Below are positions 51,587 through 64,000 of a stretch of DNA of 64,000 nt, one piece after another. Position numbers and translations under genes: made by a program. The DNA is taken from positions 18,972,001-19,036,000 of the forward strand of contig CM106586.1 of the NCBI GenBank assembly GCA_048013815.1, in the 5' to 3' direction. The notes beneath the pieces are model-generated. The model saw nothing but the letters and a program-made list of their open reading frames with translations, did not search any database and was not told the origin of the DNA. The stretch's first letter is position 1. Each line of letters starts with the position of its first letter. Source of the DNA: Setoptus koraiensis. Taxonomy: Eukaryota > Animalia > Arthropoda.

Positions 51587-53700
51587 TCACAATGCAGACT
51601 GCAATGTTAATACTAGTCCAGATGTGATCCATCCAATCAACTACAGATAAAATGCAAGAATAGTGTTGATTAATAAAGAATAAAAATAAAACAGTTGCAC
51701 ACATTGAATGAATCATTCATCTACACTTACCGACGGCAAGCTAGCCAGTGTCACTGGATACGTGTGACCGATAACAAATGAAGTATTTTCGGTAGAAGAT
51801 AAATCTTCTGCTACAAACAACAATCGTCCCAAGTTGCGTTTACTGAGTAGCGATTGGTGAATGATTAGTTTTTGCATTGCGTGATATATGACTACAAACT
51901 GGGTACAAGTTCATGGGCAGTTCACAAATACAATAAGGTTACGATTGTAAAATTTGCATAAAATTATTACATTAGCAATAAATGTAGATTGTTTGTATTA
52001 TCTTAAGTTAGTTATAGGCCATTCAGAGTTACAAGGTCACTCAAGAGAGTTCAATTAATACTCACAGGGCCATGGATGAAGGCCGCACTGAAGCTGACCA
52101 CTAACAGGGGGATCCAATAGCCGGCAAAAATTATATGAATTACCTTGAGTTGGAGCGAGTCTAGATCTGTCATTTTCATTAGTGTGGCGAGAGTCATCAC
52201 GATGCAAGGCAGTTTAAAGACAAACTCCATATGCAAATAAACGGTGTAAGATTGTTTTAATTGATCCAAATCTCCACGCAATTCAGTTACCATTCTGATT
52301 AATCGATCAATCTTCCTTGACAAGTCAACCAAATTCTGTTCACTTTTGTCGGTTATTGCATTTGCCAATGATTTGCCCAGGCGCCTTCTAGTCCGAGATT
52401 TTCTAATAGATTCATTTTGGCAAACTACACTGTTGACAGCCTTTATCATTTCGACCTCGTGGACAGTTTTATAATCGTAATTGGAATTGGTTCTTGCTCC
52501 CGCACCTGTCTCAAAGCTTTTTGGTATAGCAAGTGGATTTCTGGTCTTATGATGCGAGTATAATTTCACTAGTTGCGAGGAGAAACTCATTGCACGCCTG
52601 GCCTTGCCATGACAAACTAAACAGTCGGCAAGAAATTTAGCAATATCTAGAAATTCGTAGATGCAGTTTGAAACGGCCATTAACATCATTAGGTAAGGAC
52701 AGAGACGTTGCTTCAGGAACAATGTCATCGAGTAATGACAGTTGACCAATTCGAATGTCAGCGTTGCTCTAAGAAAAATAATCACTATGACGAATACAGA
52801 CGGAGAGATGATAAGGTTCATGTAAGACAGAAATCTCATTGTCATTATATCCATTATATAAGGTGAGCCCCTTTTGAGAAATATTCTCGGAAATTTGAGT
52901 TGATAGTGAATCTCTCGAAATTCATCATCGAAATCAAACAAATTATACTCATTTTGTGTAGCTTTATAAGTTTCGTCTAGATAATAAATGGCTGGTGCTT
53001 GACTTGAGGATGCTGAATTCGTTGAATGACATTGAAATTGATTAGTTCGTTTTTCAATTCTCTCACTTGTTGTTACGACCGTCAATTGACTCGCATCATG
53101 ATGAATAGAGCGCTTCATCTTTTCACAATGTAATTTATCTTCAGATCGAACTGCATCGGTCAGACCGAAAATGTACAACCAGGCCCGTGGTGTCAAGTAA
53201 AGCGATCTCATGTAGGTTGCCGTCTCCACTAGGAGGTGCCTCCGATTCTTGGTTTCATTTGGATTGATTATTCGTCCGATATTTCTCCAACGAAGCAAAT
53301 AAGCTTCGAGGACCAGTAGCGCACCGACTTTGTTGAGCATTAGAGAGCATTTATAAAACCCAAATGGATCACCTATCCAATGTAAACGATGGCTCAGGCT
53401 AGCGAAACTGTATGCCGTGCATGAGGCCACCACGTGGAATCCCACTAATAGATCAAACATCAACCAGATCAAATAGGTCCATTTAAATTGCTTATTCCTG
53501 AGATAAAGCTGCACTCGATCTCCCATTTTACCTAATAATGTTCTCTCTTTGATATTCAGCTCTTGTCGATTAATATTTCGTATTACTGCTTGCTTGTCAT
53601 CTTCATCCTCGTCTTCATCGTACATCTCATCCACCGAGTTGTTGATGTATTTACAAAAGAACCTGAAATGCTCAAATATGTTGAATCTCATTGAATCCAT
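51587..53700 (-). CDS. Divergent gustatory-receptor-like 7TM chemoreceptor, 3 exons, 618 aa
   Basis: Exons 53700-52066 (545 codons), 51898-51731 (56 codons) and 51640-51587 (17 codons plus stop), all phase 0 with strong GT-AG sites. There are multiple hydrophobic helices and a GR-like C-terminus, SFVIGHTYPVTLASLPS|LIGWITSGLVLTLQSAL. Phase-0 C-terminal introns are typical of the GR superfamily. The gene model is solid; the family call is less certain. Confidence 0.65.
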
Positions 53701-54378
53701 GCTACAGTTGTCACTGTTTGCTACAGCGGCTTGGCAAATTGCCGATCAAATGAAGAAATTCCCTGTTGTGCATCGAGTGTTTATATCATGCCCAATAGGT
53801 ACTGCAGTTAAATTACATACTATTCAAACTATTTTTCTAACTACTTTCTCGTTGTCGCAATGCTAGATATTCGATCTTCATGGGCATACTTCAGAAATCG
53901 TGAAACCATAACGTTACTCAGGAAAGAGTTTATTTTAATGAAAAAGTTAGTCGAAATGTAGGCATACAATTGAAGTGGACGGACCTCTCTGGCCTGTTAT
54001 GATTCTAGCTCATTAGTACGCATACTCTGTATCACACTGCGTCTTTGTGCTTTTCCACCAGCTAATGTCTCCATCTCAGCATTTCTTATTGAACCACAAG
54101 GTCTATTAGCATCAAGGTTCATTAGCATCAATAATTCAAATGTCTATGTATGCGCTAAGCACAGGGTCTCAAGATTTCGTGAGAATAATTTATGCTTTTT
54201 CGTCTAGTCGCCTCAATGCCGAATGAACACGTTGCATTGTCTGAAATGGCGAAAGTAAGCTTCCGGTTGCAAAAGTAAGCTCTCCAAGCATTAACACGAA
54301 AAAGACGAACGGAACCACAAATTTCTGACAGACACAAACACGTTGCATTGGATACAAATTCGACAATTTAATCCCGCC

Positions 54379-54400
54379 CTCTCTCTCTCTCTCTCTCTCT
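54379..54400. repeat. (CT)11 / GAGA tract in the divergent intergenic region
   Basis: Direct reading; it lies between the GR-like and CAP 5' ends. Confidence 0.9.
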
Positions 54401-55460
54401 GCTCTGTATCTCTGGTTGAGTTGAAACCATTCAAAATCAGTTTTCATGGCGGGAAAGACCGAACTTTGATGTTCTTAGTGGAAATAAATGGGGCTCAAAA
54501 GAATTTTCTAGGTAGGTTTGGCCTAAATTCACGAAGTTCCAGAGTTTGGTCATCACGTGGAAAAATTTCGGTTCGGAGCAGATTATGTTCTTCCTTCTAA
54601 TTCGATAACAACATTCTCACGGTTATGAAAGATTTTAACCAATTTTCAATTTCTTATCATTCTAAAACTATCATGTTTCCGCTACATTATCTAGGTTGAA
54701 TCATCTGGATCTGTGTGAAACTGTCGTGCCATCCGATTATCAAGGCTACGTAAGATCCCTTTCGCAAAAATAAAGGGTTGTGCACTAGGAATTCTGTATA
54801 TAGTCGCAAATCCACTAGATTGATTCATCAGCATTGACCTTGTCAGACTGGATTACTGCTTGAATGGCTTACAATGGCTTTCAGTGTCATCTATACAGCT
54901 TGTCATGTGAATACCTTGTATTATTTCGCACATCGAACTTCGTTGGTTGCATGTTTGTCATTGTTCGATCCACCACAATCCAGGGAACTGATAATATTGG
55001 TTTCACTCGACTATTTCCGTCCTGAATACAGCATCACAACAAGCGCATTATCAATTGACTCATGTTCTGGTTCTGCGCGACTCGAAGCTCATGCAAACAT
55101 CGTAAAAATTGTCAACAGTGAGCGAGATTCGTATTCGCTCCCAGACACACTTAATTCCGGCTGGATTAATTGACTGTCGATGCTCGCTTAATTAACTCTC
55201 TTGACAACTTCTCTAGGACACTAGATAATTGAGCAATAATTGAGTGGTCTCGGCAGTAGCATCACTCACCGCCGCCACTGCACGAGAACAACACGAGAGC
55301 GAAACTTTGTGTACAAAAAACAATTAGTTCTGTAGATTCAAGTTGCCATGTTGACCATACCCCATCGAAGTGGTGCCTTCTTCGTGTTCGTTGTCTATCT
55401 AACTCACAACTGTCACTTTTTTCGAGAGACATATTGCCAACAGGACATATTGCTTGGCAG

Positions 55461-56196
55461 ATCTTGGAGAACAGAGAATCAACAAACCCGAACATCCAAT
55501 CATGAAATTGCCCAGAACGAAACGAGAGCGAAACGTTTAAATCGGGCTGTTTCCAACAAAGGCAAAGAAAACAACGACATACGCCAAGATGAATGTTATG
55601 ACGATTTCATCACAGACTGTTTGCAAACCCACGACATGTACCGTGCGATGCATAGAGTGCCGCCTCTCGAGGCCAACACAAAAGTAAGATCAGCTATTGT
55701 GGCATGCAGACAGAGACTTTTTTCATAAGTGATTTTTGTTTCGAAAGCTCAACTTGAGATAATCATTTCATTATACTCAATCATTTATAATTAGCTGATG
55801 GATTACGCGAAGCAGAGGGCAAATGAGCTGGCCATAACAAACGTCCTCGCACACCCAGCCCATTCGGCTTACGGGGAGAATTTGGCCTTTTCGTCGCAAA
55901 AGGATAGCACCTGTAGCGATCTAATTGAGATGTGGTACGATGAGGAAAGGTTATACAATTGGCGCAATCCAAACTTCAATACGGCTATTGGTCATTTCTC
56001 GCAATTGGTCTGGCGGGATTCGGCTCGGATAGGCTGTGCGCGTAGTTTCAGCAATAGAGGAGTCTATTTGGTGTGCAATTATGACCCACCAGGTAACGTC
56101 ATGGGACAGTTCAGAAAGCAAGTGACCCCGCCAAAACGCGGCCCCAAAGAGAGCATCCCTCCAGCCAATAGTTACTGTCCACAGACTGACTCTTAG
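55461..56196 (+). CDS. CAP/SCP superfamily protein, GAPR-1/GLIPR2-like (5' end uncertain)
   Basis: An exon ending at 55683 (CLQTHDMYRAMHRVPPL) is spliced to 55795-56196 (YGENLA, MWYDE, GHFSQLVW, IGCA, VCNYDPPGNVMGQFRKQV). A possible first exon, 55062-55117, joins in phase at 55461. Confidence 0.88.
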
Positions 56197-56392
56197 GCAA
56201 TCCCGCGGATGAGATTGGTACAGATTGGATTTTGTATCCTCCGATAAACTGAGTTTACAAGTGCATCTGGAAACTCTCTTGACTCGATATAACATAGAAA
56301 TCAACCGATCATGCTGTCTAAACTACATTGGTTATTAACCAAAATTTTGGTAATGTAAAGTGTATTACCATTGTTTAATGAACAAAATTACA

Positions 56393-58127
56393 TTAGGCTT
56401 TGATCCAATTATTTTTAGTTAAAAAACCTACTATCTTCCTATAGAGGGCTTTGTCAATATTCTCTATAGAGGATTTGTGTTGTGAACCCTTCCTCTTCTT
56501 TTGGGCATGCTCCTAGAGAGGCGAATAGTGGATGAATAAATTATAGCTAGTTAATGTCATGTAGATAAAATTAGATAGGCAAGACAATCATATGTGAGAC
56601 ATCTTTTAGAACACTTACTTTAAGAATCATAGTTTTGAGGGATATGTATTGAGATGGCCTCAAACTCAAGGATTTGCACAGTCTTTTTTCACTCTCACAG
56701 AGTAACCTCCAACAAGGTAATGGAGTTTGATCATAACTATTTGAATTTGATTGCCTTGTGCTTTTAGTTGGCGAACCATTTTTGCTGGTGGCTCCTTTCT
56801 TCTGAGGTGAACTTTTTTGGGGAGGTGCAGCATGCTCTTTGATTATGTCTGGGACCTTGTCCGTCTGTAGAACAGCAGTCTTTGGAGGTGGCTTTTTAAT
56901 TGAGGAGGGTAAAGATTTTGCTGGGCTAGATGGGGTACTATTGGAATTATTCAAATGCTTAGCCCCATTCTTGCGAAGCTTGACCAACTCTTTGATCCTA
57001 AGTTTCAGCTCTTTTTCCCTTGCTAGATTTTTTATTAATTGATTGTGCTCTCTAGCTGAATTGAATTGGCAGAATATCCTCAATTTCTCTTCCATATTGT
57101 TGAAGTCTTTTTCCGCTATACTTTTGTTGAGGTTACTGAAGTAGGATGATAATATTGAGCCTGGTTCAGATAAGGCATCAGTTGTAGGGTCACTCTCGTT
57201 TGCTGTAGAGTTGTTCTTATCTGGGGGAGCAGTTAATGCATTGGATAAAAAAGATGTGGCAGTTGTGTTTGTTTGATTCGTATGTGTATTTGCTTGTGGA
57301 TTGTTAAGATCGTCGTTCTCTTCTGGATGCGTGTGAAAAAATAATTTGACTAGATTATATTCAAGAACAACTCTCTTTTGACGAAATCTTTCTCTTAGCC
57401 TGTCGGAGTACATGTTGATATGTGCAATCTTCAACGCCTGGTCTAACTCAGTATCATCGTTTGCATTTACAGCTAACCTGGACACCACTAATTCTGCGTC
57501 ATTGTCATACTCTCTTTCAAAGTCGTCACGTTTTGGCATATAACCAAGACGTAACTGTTGATCTCTATTAATGTCAACAACGTTCTGCTTTTGAGGTAGA
57601 GAGAGGCTCGGTGAAAGAGGACCGTCACCAGGACAGGTATGATCGTGGATTTTATATGCGTCACGATCTACAGCTTGCCAAGTTGCCCTTCCAATGAACT
57701 CGTTCACATACACGTTCAAATATCGTTCTTTGCATTGCTGTTCATCCTTAGTCCCGACACTTGCGGCAATTTCGCACCAATTACCAATTCCATATAGTTC
57801 AATCGCTTCTAATAGTGCCAACTCTTCGCTTGCCCTCCAAGAGTCATCGATTATAGGAAATGAGCCACAATCAATCAATTCGTAAGGATGGTCACTCTGA
57901 TGGTCGCCTATCTCCGCTCCTGCCGAATAACACTGTTAACAGTAGTTGAAAAAGATTATGGATTGATGATCAAAAATGCACAGAGATGATAAAGGAAATC
58001 ATATGGGACAGTTATATATTATAATTACCTCCAGGCAAAGGTTTATGTCTTGACATTTGTCACATTTTACATAAACTCCACGTTTGGCATTGATCTTCTC
58101 TTCACAATATGTGCATTCCACAGCCAT
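56393..58127 (-). CDS. TADA2B: Transcriptional adapter 2-beta (Ada2b; ZZ finger, SANT, SWIRM), 3 exons
   Basis: Exons 58127-58029, 57932-56619 and 56512-56393, all phase 0. ZZ finger CTYC..CDKC..LCLEC, SANT WRASEELALLEAIELYGIGNW, LGYMPKRDDFEREYDNDAE, SWIRM LLCESEKRLC...YISLKTMILK and C-terminus IVGFLTKNNWI. Confidence 0.92.
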
Positions 58128-59689
58128 TAGCCTCGAGGCCCTGATAGATCGATGAAGATGATGGGTGTTTGTGAGTTTTTTTTTCAACTAAGATAATGGA
58201 CTCTCATGATTACTCTCATGATTACCTCAACTATAGATACCATCAACAAACATCACTGAGAAAGACATTTGACAATGAGATTAGAACCAGTCGGTACCAG
58301 CCCAAAAAGACTGCTTAAAATCTGCATCTTAATCGATTCAAGACAAAAAGCATTACTGGAACCATGATCACAATTGTTTCAAATCTGGTGCTGTGAGTCG
58401 ATGAGTGGCTATAGTAAGGTTTTTCTTGCAAATAATTTCTATATAAAATTGTTCTTACCGGCTTTGTATATATCCCGAATGAGGTCAATGACATCAACGT
58501 TTTTAAAGAATCTGATATTATACGCTATATATTACGATTATCTGGAACCGATCGGATGAATTTGCAATAAATTAGATGGAGGTATACAATGTGGCATTTG
58601 ATATTTGTGTGCTTGATATATAACGTTGTAGGTGACTGTCGGAATTGTTTTGTTTCTACAGTCGTGCTTCTATTCCAATTCGTTGTGTACTAATATTTGA
58701 TTGTAAATATATTTAAAAATTATGCGGCGCTAGTTTTCTGTTTGTGATGATACTAGTGGCGAATATCTGTGTTCCAAAAGCAATCGTCGTTGTTCTGGCA
58801 ACAAATGTCGCAGACATAAATATAGTAATTAATCGTTATAAGCTAATATAAGGTGATTGTGGTGGATTTAGCAAGCATGCATTTAACACAAGTGGAGATC
58901 AGTGAAAGTAATAGAAGAAATTGTATCTGATGGATAGTTCGTTGTTGTAGTGTAGATGTTGTATAGTATGGTAATGTTTGTTGTATAGTATAATAGTAAT
59001 CTATATGTTAAACTTCTTTTTTCCCTCACGTGTATGTATGTGTCTCCTTATATATGTACTATATATATATATGTATATATTAGTCGATCTATCATCGCAC
59101 CATCATCAACATTAATTGACTAAACGGCAGGGCGCTAGGAAATATTGTATCATGAAGGATTATTTCCAGTGAATGTAGTACCACAGTAGTAATAATCAAA
59201 GCGATTGGACGATTCAGATTGTTATTTGACAAATTAATAATAGTGTGTGTCCAATTGTTGTTGTCGTTGTTATTGTTGTTTGTGGCCTTGGATCGCTTCC
59301 ATTCGACTTGCAAAAAGGTAATGGCTAAATTGTTTGCTGTCCAGCATCCAGACCATGATAGCAATGGGACCGATATAATACAAATATATTAGTGATAGAT
59401 GTAATTGATGAAATAGATATAGCTGCAATAGAAATAATTTATAATGATAATGCTAATAAAATTGTGATAATAACGTGATGGATTAAATAGCACAGAACAT
59501 TGATACGAATGTAGTGAGCCGACGTTCCTCTGGCAGACAGTACTGCTGTTGTTTTGCAATTATGAACAGAAAATCGTTCTTACATTCGCTGTGCTGATTG
59601 CCGTACATGCATTCACGGTATAGGATTAAGGTCCCAACATTAATGCATGTAAGTGTACCAATTCTCTTCTGACACTGCTGTTAACAGTC

Positions 59690-59705
59690 TGTGTGTGTGT
59701 GCGTG

Positions 59706-59771
<66 letters not shown>

Positions 59772-59780
59772 TATGTGTGT
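59690..59780. repeat. Interrupted (TG)n microsatellite
   Basis: Direct reading. Confidence 0.97.
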
Positions 59781-60869
59781 GCAGTGAGAGTGGATTGTCT
59801 GTCCGTCTGTCTGTACATTCGTTAGTTCGTTCGTTGGTTCGTTCGTTCGTTAGTTTGTGTCATACTAGCACAGTGGAATCGCTGGCTCATTGACGTTCGC
59901 CCAATATTTGTTGTGCTCTCTCTCTCTCTCTCACTTGCAAAGCACACACTCACACGAAGATTCCGTGTGTGCGCATTTTACAACCACCTTGATATCACTA
60001 CAAAAAAGTCCGCTTGGGGGCTCTCGCTGCCTGGCAGCACCGCTTCGATCAGCTGTACTGGTCGAGCCCTCAAACCTTTTTCCACAATCGCTATCGACGC
60101 GTTTCAGTAGCCACCCACAAAATTACCGATGAATAGATCGAACAGCTTCAAACTGCTGATTAGTGTTTCAAGATGTGCCATGCTTGATGATCCTATTAAG
60201 GCGCACCGAGCGCCTCTGTCGGATTTCTTCTGTCGACACTTGTGTTGTTATAAAATTTACACATCGTACAGATACATGCTCTCGCTCTCTCGCACACACA
60301 CACACACCCGATACAAGCGCAACAACTGTAGAAGGCCCAATGCCGACGCACTAATGCATTCAGACAAGCAACGTCTGTTTGCCGAACAGCGGCTGCTGTG
60401 GCCGCACTTTGCCGATAGCGCTGCTTGCCCACCTTGATATAGTGATATGTACTACAAGTACACTACAAGTAATAAGTATTGTGTTGTAGCACACCGCTAT
60501 ACCAGCTCACATAATGATGCTCTGCGCATAGAGCGAAATTCAAACTTTCAGGGTATTGATAATACCCTATTGTGTCAAGAAAGGGCAATTATTGCGCACA
60601 TAAAGGTCACAACCATTTTGCACTGTGTTGTACCTTTGGAGAACCACTTTTTTTTTAAATGTGCAGATGCTAATAAAACACACAGACACACACGCACATC
60701 AGTCTAATTTCGTCACGTTTACATTTAAACATTTGTCTGTCGGATATTTGAGCAAACAGGGCCTCGTCCGACACTGTTATCTCTGTTTCTAGTATTATTA
60801 GAAAATCGTTACAACCTAGATAGTAAAATAATACCCATACGAATTTTAACATTGACCATCAACTAAACC

Positions 60870-61535
60870 ATGAGCTCATCAGAGGAGGTATCATGGATAT
60901 CTTGGTTTTGTGGATTGAGAGGCAATGATTTCTTCTGTGAAGTAGATGAGGATTACATTCAGGATAAATTTAATTTGACGGGACTCAACGAAATTGTACC
61001 CAACTATCGCCAAGCATTGGACATGATATTGGACTTGGAACCTGACGATGAAATAGAAGATAACCCAGCTCAAAGCGATATGGTTGAGCAATCAGCCGAG
61101 ATGCTATATGGACTAATACACGCGCGTTACATCCTTACAAATCGTGGCATAGCCCAAATGATAGAAAAATATCAGAGTGGCGATTTTGGTCTATGTCCGA
61201 GAGTATTTTGTGAAAATGAACGTATGCTACCAATTGGTTTAAGCGATATCGTAGGAGAATCCATGGTAAAATTATATTGTCCTAAATGTATGGACGTTTA
61301 CAATCCAAAATCCTCTAGACACCAACACACTGACGGAGCATTCTTTGGATCTGGCTTTCCTCACATGTTATTCATGGTGCATCCAGAGTACAGACCCAAA
61401 AAGACTTCAAATCAATTTGTCGCTCGCTTGTACGGTTTTAAGATCAGCCCATTGGCCTATCAACTACAATACCAAGCTGCAGCTAATCACAAAACACCTA
61501 TTAGGAACCTTAGTTACAATAATGGAAAGCGTTAA
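60870..61535 (+). CDS. CSNK2B: Casein kinase II subunit beta, intronless, 221 aa
   Basis: [39 protein letters not shown], an acidic loop, the zinc finger CPRVFC...CPKC and [22 protein letters not shown]. Confidence 0.99.
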   Translation: MSSSEEVSWISWFCGLRGNDFFCEVDEDYIQDKFNLTGLNEIVPNYRQALDMILDLEPDDEIEDNPAQSDMVEQSAEMLYGLIHARYILTNRGIAQMIEKYQSGDFGLCPRVFCENERMLPIGLSDIVGESMVKLYCPKCMDVYNPKSSRHQHTDGAFFGSGFPHMLFMVHPEYRPKKTSNQFVARLYGFKISPLAYQLQYQAAANHKTPIRNLSYNNGKR

Positions 61536-61638
61536 TTATTTTCAATAATTAGGGCGATAATTGAAATCAGCGCACCACTCATGAATCAATCAAATGTTAC
61601 ACCTAGTTAGGGTACTCTAAAAAGTTTATAATTTATTA

Positions 61639-64000
<2,362 letters not shown>

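Overview
Eukaryotic (arthropod) genomic DNA. It is probably from a chelicerate such as an acariform mite, inferred from the short 90-230 nt GT-AG introns, several intronless housekeeping genes, a divergent gustatory-receptor-like gene and a chelicerate-type Cys-rich protein. No prokaryotic features, tRNA, rRNA, CRISPR array or recognisable transposon were seen. The window has two parts. About 1-37 kb is visibly GC-richer, gene-poor and full of short tandem repeats, short perfect inverted repeats and GGGGCCCC palindromes. About 37-64 kb is AT-rich and gene-dense. I built 11 gene models by hand from splice sites and reading phase: KChIP (+), a degenerate synaptotagmin-like protein (-), an acid lipase (-), NAXE (-), WDR74/Nsa1 (+), an mpaB/Lcp (DUF2236)-type putative heme oxygenase (+), a Cys-rich protein (-), a GR-like 7TM receptor (-), a CAP/GAPR-1-like protein (+), TADA2B (-) and CK2 beta (+). 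The 3' part of a Rho kinase (-) runs off the right edge. Four observations stand out. (1) The Rho kinase has a tandemly duplicated Shroom-binding/Rho-binding module, a short coiled coil and apparently no PH-C1 domain. (2) The synaptotagmin-like and lipase genes appear nested antisense in a 17.7 kb first intron of KChIP. (3) A 32-bp pri-miRNA-like hairpin lies in that intron. (4) Palindromes are pervasive in the left domain. All family assignments come from recalled motifs, not database searches.
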